This document shows positions 10,262-20,700 of a DNA stretch of 64,000 nucleotides, piece after piece; within the stretch, counting starts at the first letter, position 1; each line of letters begins with the position of its first letter. Both the position numbers and the translations under genes were made by a program. Where the stretch lies: contig DHPR01000012.1 of the NCBI GenBank assembly GCA_002410925.1, positions 20,643 to 84,642 on the forward strand. The letters are read 5' to 3'. Origin of the DNA: a bacterium UBP13_UBA5359. Lineage in GTDB: Bacteria; UBP13; UBA5359. The notes below the pieces were generated by a model, which had not been told where the DNA came from, did no database searches, and saw nothing but the letters and a program-made list of their open reading frames with translations.

Positions 10262-13200
10262 TTAAAAGCGATATTGCCAACGGATCTCCCCCCGGCTCTC
10301 ACTGGCATCATCCGCCATCCATGACAGGCTCAGATTATTCTTCAGATAATAATCTATCTCCATAATATTACGCTGTTCGAGAGCAAATATCCTTGTTGTG
10401 TAAGAGACATACAATCCGTCAAAAATATACCGCCCCAGCCTCATGCTGAGAAGATCCTCATCGGTGTAATCGAAACTTACCTCCCCCATTCCCAGAGCAT
10501 CCGCCAGAGATTTACCCAATGGATCGAAAAGCTGGTTTTTAATACTGTCGCCTACCAGGCGTATCAGTTCCTCCTTGATAACATCCTGCATCCGCCCATC
10601 CATAACGGCCTCTATGCTGCTTTTGCGTCCCAGCAGCGCAATTATCTCATCCTCGCTCATTTCCGGCCTGGAAGAGAAGCTTATCTTTATATCGGGCAGA
10701 TGACCGGCCACATCCATATAGATTTCGGTTTTATCTATACGGTTTACAGCCCTGGCCTGCAAATTTATGCTGGTGTTCTTCAACCCAGGCAAGAGAGACT
10801 GTCTGCCGGCCTGTTCACTGAATATAGCCCGTGCCTCCACCAGCCTGAAGGGGGAGCTTATAACTGAAACACCTATATCGCCCTTACGCGATACCAATTC
10901 CCCCGCAATACGAAGATCCCTCATGCTGCCTCCCACCAGCAGATTACCATTAAAGAGAGCTTTGGTATTGCCGCTGCTTATACGCACTCCTTCATTTATA
11001 TGAATGGAAAGCTTAAGTCCGGCATCTACCGGGAGCTTAGGCAGCAGACCAGAGCCTGTCTGCTGCAGATAGACATCTCCTTCGCTGATTCTGACTCTAC
11101 CGGCTAATCCCGCACCGGCATGATCATTAGAAAGCTGAATTTCTCCATCAACCCTTCCCTTGAACCATGGCAGATTGACATCGGCACCGGAAGATTTCAG
11201 ATACAAGGCGCTCTCCTGCCTCTTTCCTCCAGGCAGATCTATCCTGCCGCCGCCGTTTACCATGCCCTGGCCCATCTTGAAAGCTAAAGTCTCGATATCC
11301 ACGGAATATCCACGGAATGCCAGCAGAGTCTGCAGATCCTCTATACGACCCAAGCCTTTCACTTCAGCCCTTCCTTCGTTTGCCGCCGCCCGCCCAAAAA
11401 CCTCTATAGCTCCCGGCTTGCCGGCAATATGAAGCACAGCCTCAATATTGCCGGATACTTTACTGATATTCGGGAAAAAGATGGATACCAGGCCAAGATC
11501 TCCTCCTGCCAGCCTGGCATCTATATCCAGGCTGCCGCTATCGGATATCTGCCCGGCAGGCCAATCCATCGGTATGCAACCGTTAATGGCAGCTATATGT
11601 TCGGAGCGCTTCACGTAAACATCTTTTAGCTTCAGCCTTTCCCGCTCAGCGGCAAATGAGCCTTCCAGGCTGTCAAATTGATAACCGGCCAGAGAACCGC
11701 CGGAAGATATAAAGCTTCCGGATAAAACAGGAGCACTCCACTTGCCGTCTATGCTACCGACCATGGATATTTTGCCGGAATATTTATCGGGAGCTATCTT
11801 CATCAGAATCGGTAAATCGGAAGCATCGGCTTTTATATCAAAATGAAGCTCCCGCTCTTCGACTTTTCCAGCCCTATCACTCCAGCCGGAGCCACGCAGC
11901 CGCCCCAGAGCCGGGCCTGAAACCACCAAACGATGCAGTTCTGTCCTTCGGGCTGAAATTTTACCCTCTGCCGCAGCACTATCCAGACGCCGACCGGCAA
12001 TGCTGCCTCCATCCAAATAGAGAGAAAAATCCGCTCTATCCAGAGCTCGCCCATAGTTCATATGTTCAACCGATAACGAGCCGCTGATTCTGGTATCAGC
12101 CAACCCCAGCCGGTCCGCAGGAGATGGATACAGAGCCAACGCCGTCTTTATAGGAAGATTGGTAATTCTGAGTTTCAGATTGCCCTCAGCGTTTTTAACA
12201 TAGTATGTTCCGGCTGCTTCCAGCTTTCCCCTCTCCTGAGATATAGATAGCGTATAATCCGCTTTGCCGCGGTCTATCCCGACTGCGGCCTCTAAAACTC
12301 CCAGACTTGCTTCGCCGGTTGTTATATCACCTGCAGATTTAAGCTGTAGATTTCCCGATATATCGGCAAGATCATCCACTCTTCCATTTAAGCTGCCATC
12401 AAGCTCCAGCTTTCCGCTCCATGATGGTAAAACCTTCAGAATATCATGAGCAGCCGCCGCAGATAGTTCACGCCCTTTAAGGCTCAGAGCATACCTTCCC
12501 GCTTCTATCTTGCCTGCTCCGGTCAAATGACCGCCAAGAAGATTGAAGGATACATTATCCAAACGATAACTCTTTCCATCCCATTCCACATCCAGGCAAA
12601 GCTCCTTTACAGCTCGTTCAGCCAAAAGGAGTTCCTTTGCCCGTAAAACCGCTTTGATATAAGGATGATCAGGCTGACCGCCGATATTCAACGTGCCGGA
12701 TATTCGCCCTTTAATCTTGTCGGCTGCTCCATTACCCAGACAAGAAGAGAGAAGAGCGACATCTATTCCCTGCATACGGCCTTCCAGATCAAGCCTGCCG
12801 GCAGAGAGCTCTCCCGTCAGCTTTATTCGTCCCCCAGGGTCCCTTGCCGGATGTATAAACATATCCTTAAGTTTCAAACTGCCGTTTTTTCCATCGTATC
12901 TTATTCCGCCGCTGAAATTTTTAAAATCCGTTCCCTTATATGAAAAATTCTCCCCGCCTGCAAGGCCATTGAAATCGGGATGATCTACCGTTCCCGTAAT
13001 GCTTCCCACTAAAGCCACTTTCCCTTCGGGCTTAACAGGGAGATTCCCCAGACAGCGCCAGGGCAAACCTGCGGCATCAAGGTTCAGCCGCATCCGCCCG
13101 GCGTTATCTACAGTGCCGTAAAGCCTGATAGCCGTGCCCCGACCGGCTTCAGCATTCAATCCGCGAATTACAAGTCCTTGATTGCCCAGCCTGGCGGAAA

Positions 13201-14689
13201 GGGCTGCACGACGCCATTCCACTCCTCGAAAAGGTATATCCTGTCCCTGAAGCAAAAATCCGGCATCCGTAAGCTGTAAACCCTGCGATTGCAATACAGC
13301 GCTTCCGGAGACGCTGCCTGACGAAGGCCAGCCTGCGCCGGGTTTCCCGCATAAATCATCAAGCCTGTCCAGAGAGAGCATACGGCATTCAGCCAGAATA
13401 AGGCTACGTGGCTCTTTATGCCTCAAATCGATCAGTCCGGTAAGATTTATCGGGTAATCTCTACATTTTACCAGAGGAAGGGAGAGCATACCGTCCCTAT
13501 ATCGGCATCGGCCTTGCATATCCCCAATCTCTCTTCCATTGAAGCTCAGCCCCGATACGCCAAACGCTCCCTCTATCAATGGAGAAGACCATTTGCCTGA
13601 CAAGCGCATAGATATATCGGCTTTACCCGCAATCTGCGCTTTTCCTATAAAGCGCTCGATATCCTTTATATCGGATAATACGGCTCCCCTGGCTGAAACG
13701 GCAAGATCGAGCGCAGGATTACTATAATCCTGCAAAGTTCCGTCTGCTTGCAAAGGTATTCCGTGGTAAAGCAGCTTCATTCGCTGGAATCTCATGCCCT
13801 CTTTTCCAAATTGAAAAGAGCCGGCGGCGTTTTCAAACTTCAGCCCTATCTCCGGCAACGCAACATTTACTCCGTGCAACCCAACAGTACCATCATAATC
13901 CAGATAGGTACCTTTATGCTGCGGCGTACCGCTGATACTCACCTTCAGATCAAATTTACCCTTTTCGGCGAATAATCCTTTGGGAACTATGTATGAATGC
14001 CAGAAGAGAGAATCTGCCCTGAGCAGTTCCACCCTGGCGGCAAAGAGAGGCTTGTCAATGGCCGTCCAACCCGAAAGCCTTACCCTGGCCGCCTGATCGG
14101 AAAGAGCGTCAAGTTTGAAATTCACCAAATTCTCTCTGACGTTACCGGATACGCATATATCAGACAGAAGAAGCTTACGAGCGGATTCGAGCCCTTTATG
14201 CCGCTGTACAGCTGCGCCTTCATGCCTTAGATATTCATCTGCAAGCTCTACCCGCCCTTGCCGAATGTTGAGCCGGCAGATAGCTTTCCAGCGACGCTCT
14301 TCGGTATGTTTATCAGGCCATGGCAAGCTCCAGATACCTGCGGCTGATCTTTGTGCCCGCAGCACAGAGCCGTCCACGTCCACCGAAGAAACCAGCTTAA
14401 GAGGGTTTCGTTGGCGAACAGAGGTTACAAACCTGAAAAAAGAAAATTTAATACGTATTTCGCGAAAATAAAAACCTGCCTCAGGCTTGCCGGGATTGTT
14501 CCAACTGACATCATTTGCCTTTAGGCCGAACGGGGACAGCCTGAGCCCTCCCACCGTAATACCCGGATAGCTTCTTTGTGCCAAATCCAGCACATAGAGC
14601 CTGGTAAAATTACGACAGGAGATAAACAGATATATGGAAATAGCTACGGCTATAGCAATTGCTGTATAAAAACCCTTACGCAGTTTCAC
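10262..14689 (-). CDS. tamB: TamB/AsmA-like translocation and assembly module protein
   Basis: 1475 aa, N-terminal membrane anchor, glycine-rich beta-repeat body, DUF490-like C-terminus (SSRPEMSEDEIIALL...GRYIFDGLYVSY...WQYRF). Directly upstream of bamA. Confidence 0.85.
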   Translation of the reverse strand: MKLRKGFYTAIAIAVAISIYLFISCRNFTRLYVLDLAQRSYPGITVGGLRLSPFGLKANDVSWNNPGKPEAGFYFREIRIKFSFFRFVTSVRQRNPLKLVSSVDVDGSVLRAQRSAAGIWSLPWPDKHTEERRWKAICRLNIRQGRVELADEYLRHEGAAVQRHKGLESARKLLLSDICVSGNVRENLVNFKLDALSDQAARVRLSGWTAIDKPLFAARVELLRADSLFWHSYIVPKGLFAEKGKFDLKVSISGTPQHKGTYLDYDGTVGLHGVNVALPEIGLKFENAAGSFQFGKEGMRFQRMKLLYHGIPLQADGTLQDYSNPALDLAVSARGAVLSDIKDIERFIGKAQIAGKADISMRLSGKWSSPLIEGAFGVSGLSFNGREIGDMQGRCRYRDGMLSLPLVKCRDYPINLTGLIDLRHKEPRSLILAECRMLSLDRLDDLCGKPGAGWPSSGSVSGSAVLQSQGLQLTDAGFLLQGQDIPFRGVEWRRAALSARLGNQGLVIRGLNAEAGRGTAIRLYGTVDNAGRMRLNLDAAGLPWRCLGNLPVKPEGKVALVGSITGTVDHPDFNGLAGGENFSYKGTDFKNFSGGIRYDGKNGSLKLKDMFIHPARDPGGRIKLTGELSAGRLDLEGRMQGIDVALLSSCLGNGAADKIKGRISGTLNIGGQPDHPYIKAVLRAKELLLAERAVKELCLDVEWDGKSYRLDNVSFNLLGGHLTGAGKIEAGRYALSLKGRELSAAAAHDILKVLPSWSGKLELDGSLNGRVDDLADISGNLQLKSAGDITTGEASLGVLEAAVGIDRGKADYTLSISQERGKLEAAGTYYVKNAEGNLKLRITNLPIKTALALYPSPADRLGLADTRISGSLSVEHMNYGRALDRADFSLYLDGGSIAGRRLDSAAAEGKISARRTELHRLVVSGPALGRLRGSGWSDRAGKVEERELHFDIKADASDLPILMKIAPDKYSGKISMVGSIDGKWSAPVLSGSFISSGGSLAGYQFDSLEGSFAAERERLKLKDVYVKRSEHIAAINGCIPMDWPAGQISDSGSLDIDARLAGGDLGLVSIFFPNISKVSGNIEAVLHIAGKPGAIEVFGRAAANEGRAEVKGLGRIEDLQTLLAFRGYSVDIETLAFKMGQGMVNGGGRIDLPGGKRQESALYLKSSGADVNLPWFKGRVDGEIQLSNDHAGAGLAGRVRISEGDVYLQQTGSGLLPKLPVDAGLKLSIHINEGVRISSGNTKALFNGNLLVGGSMRDLRIAGELVSRKGDIGVSVISSPFRLVEARAIFSEQAGRQSLLPGLKNTSINLQARAVNRIDKTEIYMDVAGHLPDIKISFSSRPEMSEDEIIALLGRKSSIEAVMDGRMQDVIKEELIRLVGDSIKNQLFDPLGKSLADALGMGEVSFDYTDEDLLSMRLGRYIFDGLYVSYTTRIFALEQRNIMEIDYYLKNNLSLSWMADDASESRGEIRWQYRF

Positions 14690-14914
14690 TTTGGTCTTCC
14701 TTTATGAAGGTACACTATCCCTTTCTACATGCTGATATTCATATCCTCTTTATAACATCTTAGAGTTGAAGGCAGAAAGCTATAGTATCTTATCCCGGAA
14801 TACCTCCCCAAATATAAAAAGCGGAACGAAGGATAGTGAAACCATATCATGTATGACCACCTGAACAACATTCCGCATAGTATCTCAATTGATGCCGGTT
14901 ATGACAAACGACCT

Positions 14915-15151
14915 TTATTCTCCTATAGTTCCTATACAATCTCCAATCTGTATGCTGGCACCCTCTTCGGCCAGTATTTCCAGCAGAATACCGGAAATCG
15001 GAGCCTCTATTTTGATCGCCGCCTTGTCGGTCTCTATCTCCACCAATTCTTCACCCAGCTCTACGCTGTCACCCTCTTTCTTAAACCAGAAGGCAACCGT
15101 TGCATCTTCAATTTCATCGCCTAACTCAGGTACTACTACTTCCATCGCCAT
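14915..15151 (-). CDS. Stand-alone lipoyl-carrier domain protein
   Basis: VPELG...WFKKEGD...EIETDKA (lipoyl lysine)...EAPISG, an E2-type lipoyl domain. Start refined to 15151. Confidence 0.9.
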   Translation of the reverse strand: MAMEVVVPELGDEIEDATVAFWFKKEGDSVELGEELVEIETDKAAIKIEAPISGILLEILAEEGASIQIGDCIGTIGE

Positions 15152-15184
15152 TATTTCACCCCCCCCTTGCAGCAACTATTAAGG

Positions 15185-16051
15185 CTACTTTTTGCCAGCC
15201 TCTCCCGCCAGTAGTTCAGCCCTGTAAGAGCTGCGTGCCAATGGAAAAGAGGCCACACCTTTGAAGCCTAAAGCTTGCCCTGTCTCCCCATACTCCCGGA
15301 ACATCTCCGGGGTTACAAACTCCATAACCTTGTGATGCCTGGCTGTAGGCGAGAGATACTGCCCTATAGTCAGCAGATCGCAATCAGCCTGCCGAAGATC
15401 CCTCATCACATCCAGGACCTCTTCCCTGAGCTCACCCAGCCCCACCATCAGCCCCGATTTAGTCAGCATGCCGTCCCTTTCGGACATCTCTTTAGCTTGC
15501 CGCAATAAATCGAGAGATCTGTTATAAACGGCTTGAGGTCTGACGTCTGGATAGAGTCTGGGCACCGTTTCCACATTATGATTCAAGATATCCGGCCCGG
15601 CTTCCACGACCGTATGAAGAGCCGCCGTATTGCCGCCAAAATCCGGAATGAGCACTTCAACCACTATATCCGGCAGACGTTCACGCAGTGCTGCTATGGT
15701 AAGAGCAAAGTGCCCGGCGCCCCCATCCGGCAGATCATCTCTGGTAACGGAGGTCACCACTGCATGCTTCAGTCCCAGCCTGAATGCTGCTTCCGCAACC
15801 CTGGCCGGTTCTCCGGAATCGGGAGGTTCCGCCTGTCCATGATTGACGGCACAGAAACGGCAGTTTCTGGTGCAGGTATCCCCCAGGATCATAAAAGTGG
15901 CCGTTCCCCGGGCAAAGCACTCCCCCTGATTGGGGCAGCAGGCCCCCTGGCAAACGGTATGCAGATGCAAATCACCGATAAGCCCCTTAACTCGCTCCAC
16001 TGTTTCACCCTGCGGAGCCTTGACCTTGAGCCATTCAGGAAAGCGTGGCAA
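15185..16051 (-). CDS. lipA: Lipoyl synthase
   Basis: [20 protein letters not shown] (radical SAM), HNVETV, TIGQYL, RSSY. Confidence 0.97.
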   Translation of the reverse strand: MPRFPEWLKVKAPQGETVERVKGLIGDLHLHTVCQGACCPNQGECFARGTATFMILGDTCTRNCRFCAVNHGQAEPPDSGEPARVAEAAFRLGLKHAVVTSVTRDDLPDGGAGHFALTIAALRERLPDIVVEVLIPDFGGNTAALHTVVEAGPDILNHNVETVPRLYPDVRPQAVYNRSLDLLRQAKEMSERDGMLTKSGLMVGLGELREEVLDVMRDLRQADCDLLTIGQYLSPTARHHKVMEFVTPEMFREYGETGQALGFKGVASFPLARSSYRAELLAGEAGKK

Positions 16052-16733
16052 GAGTTTCCACCTCCTTGGAAGAGACAGGAAGAATATCCAGATTGAAGAC
16101 CTCCGCTATGGCCGACAATGTACGCTCTCTAACCAGCGCCGGATCCACCTTGTCGAGAAGATCCTTCATGGCTATTACAGGTTTATCGGTAATGCCGCAG
16201 GGATTTATAAGCTTGAAATGGTTCATATTCGGATTTATATTCAGCGCAAAGCCGTGAAAGGTCACCCAGCGCCTGACACCCACGCCGATGGCCGCCACTT
16301 TGGCTCCGCCCACCCAGACACCGGTCAGGCCGGGATTGCGCTCGCCTTTGAGGCCGAAGCTGCCCAGCATCTTTATCAATGCCTCTTCCAGATGGCGCAG
16401 GTAGAGATGAATATCTTTTCCGTGATGATTAAGATTTAGAATGGGATAGCCCACCAATTGCCCGGGACCGTGATACGTAACATCGCCGCCTCTGTCTATC
16501 TCCCGAACAACAATACCCTCCCGCTGCAACAGGTCACTGCCGGCTAATATATTATGGCGGCCGCCGCCACGCCCTACGGTGAGTACAGGAGGATGCTCCA
16601 GAAAGAGAAGATGTTCATCCGAACTTCCTGCAATTACAGCATCTACCAAATGATGCTGATAATGATACGCCTCGTCGTAATCAATGCTTCCCATTTCGAG
16701 ATAACGGCAGACATGCTTATCGCCGTCGGACAT
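16035..16733 (-). CDS. lipB: Octanoyltransferase
   Basis: [42 protein letters not shown]. Confidence 0.97.
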   Translation of the reverse strand: MSDGDKHVCRYLEMGSIDYDEAYHYQHHLVDAVIAGSSDEHLLFLEHPPVLTVGRGGGRHNILAGSDLLQREGIVVREIDRGGDVTYHGPGQLVGYPILNLNHHGKDIHLYLRHLEEALIKMLGSFGLKGERNPGLTGVWVGGAKVAAIGVGVRRWVTFHGFALNINPNMNHFKLINPCGITDKPVIAMKDLLDKVDPALVRERTLSAIAEVFNLDILPVSSKEVETLATLS

Positions 16734-16771
16734 AGAAACAACTCCCCAAAGGTGAAACTATCGTAAATACT

Positions 16772-16799
16772 AGTATATTGATTATCGCCGCAGAGTCAA
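16772..16799 (-). promoter_or_regulatory. sigma70-type promoter of the lipB operon
   Basis: TTGACT-N16-TATACT about 40 nt upstream of lipB. Confidence 0.5.
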
Positions 16800-16958
16800 G
16801 TAATTTTTTATATGAGCCGGCAAAGTGCTTGAGAGCACAGATTTAGAGGTAGTTTCAACAGGGCTTTCTAAATATCATTCTGAAGAAGACCGGTTTCCGC
16901 CTACTCCACCGGATTGCCGCTCGGAGAATCACATCTATGCCGATTATATCAAGTGGCG

Positions 16959-17681
16959 CTACAGGCCTTCTGTATCAAAGCGCCTGCGCCAATAGTTAGT
17001 ATTATTGGGCGCTGTGCATTGACTTAGCATTGCTCCATGCGACTGCCATTCGACATGCCCATCTGCAAAGCCCAGGTTGAGACCATCGTTATGCCGATAT
17101 GTCATACCGTAAATAACGCCATTCGTCATCGTGTCGACGCCGTTTACAGGCACGCAGTTATTCCAATCGGTATCATAATAAAAACCGTTGCTATTTTTGC
17201 TCCAATCTGCATCAGCAATCAGCCAGGCCTCTGCAGGCTTTCGTATATCCGCCAAAGACAAGGGGAAAGGGGTTGTTTGAGGAACTATTGCGGAAAAACC
17301 GGATTGCCCTCCCATCCTAGCATTAAAGCAGTAGGATCGATTGCCTTTGATGCCGCCATAAGCATAATCGTTCAAGTCAACTCCCAGTGTCCGCGTTTTA
17401 TCACTGGGGCAATCCATGATAGTTATGGGCATGTATGTCGGTACAAGACGGTTCAATAAACGGCCTTTGGTGCCGAAAATGGGAAAGACGTCATCCCAAT
17501 CCTGTACGTATTGCGATATTGCCATTAGAATCTGTTTTTGATTGGATACACATTGAGCCTGCCTGGCCTTCTCTCTGGCCTGGCTGAAGACGGGAAAGAG
17601 AATCGCTGTCAATATCGCTATAATCGATATTACGACCAGAAGCTCTATAAGCGTAAATCCCCTTTCTTTTTTATGCTTCAT
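16959..17681 (-). CDS. Prepilin-type N-terminal cleavage/methylation protein with DUF1559 and H-X9-DG motif
   Basis: [71 protein letters not shown]. Confidence 0.92.
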   Translation of the reverse strand: MKHKKERGFTLIELLVVISIIAILTAILFPVFSQAREKARQAQCVSNQKQILMAISQYVQDWDDVFPIFGTKGRLLNRLVPTYMPITIMDCPSDKTRTLGVDLNDYAYGGIKGNRSYCFNARMGGQSGFSAIVPQTTPFPLSLADIRKPAEAWLIADADWSKNSNGFYYDTDWNNCVPVNGVDTMTNGVIYGMTYRHNDGLNLGFADGHVEWQSHGAMLSQCTAPNNTNYWRRRFDTEGL

Positions 17682-17714
17682 AATACAAACCACCTCTCAT
17701 TATGTTTCTTGCCC

Positions 17715-17754
17715 CCCTGTCGTCCGGCTGACCTATCTCAGCCGGACGACAGGG
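17715..17754. repeat. Perfect 17-bp inverted repeat (stem-loop) between the GH42-like gene and the prepilin gene
   Basis: CCCTGTCGTCCGGCTGA-cctatc-TCAGCCGGACGACAGGG, with no U-tract on the coding strand. Confidence 0.85.
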
Positions 17755-17759
17755 CACCT

Positions 17760-20700
17760 TTACGATTGTGTGGAGTTTGCCTCCTCAATCCGAAATGATG
17801 CCCGCCCTCTTATCCCTGACACGGTATCACGAGCGGTAATCGTCCAGCTTCCGGGCATATCGTTGAGCGCTACCGGTAAGCGGTAGATCCCCTGACCATT
17901 TTTTGCCTCGATATTTGCGGCATAGTGCTTCAAGCTCTTGCCGTTGGCTGAAACCTCGACATGTAATATATGCCGGCCGGCCTTCCCGCCCTCTGCTGCC
18001 ACTGCCAGGACAAATTCAACTGCTTTTCCCTGCCGTACCTTCACCGGGCCGGTAATTGTAACCTTAGAGACTTTATAAGGCAAGTTTGCCAGCAAGGCGG
18101 CTGAGCCTCGCTGCAGTTCCATGTTGAAGGTGTTTCCATAGCCAAGATAACGACCGCACCGTATATCATAGAGATGCCCGCTCTTCTCCACTTTCCCGTG
18201 CAGCTTCATCACCCTGGGCATAGTAAGGACCCAGGCGTAATCACAGTAATCGTTGGGGGTAAAGCCAAAGTACGAGGCGCTGCCGTCCTTCCAGCTCACG
18301 ATATCGATGCCTCTCAATCGTTCATCGCCGGAAGAAACCGTCAATTCCGGAGTTACGCCTGCTGCTGCGGCAAGCCTGTGGGCAATGTCCAGGTAGAGAT
18401 CTCCGCGCGGTGTCGTACGGATGGGGGGGGTCTGCTTTGAACGGTAACTTCCGGGCGTATAGTTTCCGGTAAAATTAAGTAAAAGAGCTTTCCCTTTACC
18501 GATCTTATGCTCGATAAATACCGGCGTATCCCCTATCATCTGTAAAGCTTTGCCGGTGGTCGCTCTGACGGCGGGATCAATTTGCACTGATGGCAATGTG
18601 CCGCTGACAGGTTGTCCATACATAACGTTTAGCCGGATATCGCTAAGCTCTCCCGCTTTCCTTCCGGCTAGGCGCTCTATGCCGAAGAGGTCATCCAGCA
18701 GGCCTTTATCCAGCAACTTCCCGTGTCTGTTTCGGATTGCCGGCAAAACATCGGCCACTACAAGCCCTCCGCTCTCCACAAACTTATGAATCTGCCGGCT
18801 TTCCTGCAAAGTGAGCGCCTGTGAAAAGGGCAGAATCAGTATTTTATAATTGGAAAGCCCGCCCTCTTCAATCTGTTCGCTGGCTATGAATTGCGGTTGC
18901 AAGCCGATCTCTTTAAAGCTCCAAAGGGCGGTCATCCAGGAGGAATAGATGCGAGTAGGACAGCCGGCGCCGGTGGGAAGAAAGCCGCCATTGCTTAAGG
19001 TGCTGGCATGAATGCTGGGCTGGCTGTAATGAACGGCTATCGGGGCAAAGCGACGCTCTGAAGTAATAAGAAGCTTGCCCGGGCCGTTCTTGATCTCCTG
19101 CACGCCGTCCAGAAAGGGCCTGGCAACCGGATTGGGCCTCAGATCCGGAAGATAGAGACCAAAGGCAAGATCCCCCTCCGGCAAAGGGCGTACGTCGAAG
19201 TAAGGTGACCAGTACCAGATTGAGTTCATACCCCAAAGCAGGCAGCGCCAGGGAATCCATCTTTGCGTGTCCCGGTTGAATATATCAATATATGATCCGT
19301 TCCAAAAGCCCCAATAAGTATCCGGCTTTTTGAAAGAGGCTGCAAGCTCTATCTCCATCGGGGCCATCCAATAGCTGCCCATAAGCTTCATATGCTTGAA
19401 CAAATTTCCCCAGTCATACCCCCGGTAACTCTCCGTTTGGAAGGCTCCCTCGAACCCGGTTCGGGCTTCCGGATCGATCTTTCCTACTCTTTCTTCGCCG
19501 GCGATCATGGCTTCGGTGAAGTACTCATCCAGGTGCAGGCGGTGATCCACCCAGCGGGCCTCCTGATTGTTTTTCACGGCCTCTTCCAGCGTGATGCCGC
19601 ATACTTCACTCCAGTTCGTAAAAGAGGTATTCCATTCGTTGTTTACCGCTTCCAAAGAGGGATATATTCTTTGCAGATACTTTTGCAAATGTTGATTTAT
19701 CTCCTTATTATCCAGCGGTTTATCGGTTTTGCCGCGAAAGGCCAGGTTGCTTTCGTCTCCCAGGCTGTACTCGCTGCAATTGAAAGGATAAAGGGCTTCG
19801 GCATAACGGGTGAAGCGCTCTCGAATAGGCTCGGGCTTGCAATATTGCACGCTCGGGATATGGTAGCCGTAGAGAAATGGACGGCAGTTATACTCTCCGG
19901 TGGTTATGCCGGCTTGCCGGGCATGCTCTTCCACGGAAGCAAACATGGTCATAAGCCGATCCATGCCCTCTTTCTGTAAGTCTTCATAGATAAAGTGCCT
20001 GAAGTATGCATCGGTGAAGCCCCAGACCATAAGGGAGTAATCGTCCCAGCCTGGTCCGGCAGCAGGTTGCCTGACCGGTATTTGAGCAGTGCAGCTATCC
20101 ACTCTTTTGTCTTGAGACAGCAATTCCACTCTGATACGGCCGGCAAGAGCAATCAGATTCCCGCTGGGAAGGCTGAAAGGAATCGATGTTCCCGCTACCC
20201 TTTCAAGTATCTGCCGGGCTGTGATTCGTCCGAACGAATCTCCGACTTCCAGCAAGAGTTTATCGCCGTTTTGCAAGGGCTGCTTCAGGTTGATCCTTCC
20301 GGAGATAAGCTCACCGGGCTTTATTTGCTTTTCCCGGATAACAATCCCGGCTACGCCCTGGTTATCGCTTACATCGAAGAATGATGAAGCCCAGTTGAGA
20401 ACATTACCTCTGTTATCATGCAATGCGGCATCGATGAAATAGCGGCCGATTGGTAGAGCGTTATCGGCTAGAAAGGGCGACAGTTTATTGCCGGAGGGCT
20501 TAAAGCTTCGCTCCAGATGTATAGCACCGTCGATAGAGCGAAGGCGAATTTGAAGATTTATCCTGGAACAAGCTGCCTTATCGGAGCCGATAAGATTCAA
20601 CTGCAGGGCGCTTAATTTTCCGCGATCAATGACTGCAGGCGTAACGGCCACGGCATCCAGGGCTACGGAGGGGTTGCGCCCTGCTGCCAGCAGGAGCAGC

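Noticed and set aside
18423..18430. G8 homopolymer as a phase-variation tract
   Set aside because: Short, in frame (Thr-Pro-Pro codons), and expected by chance.
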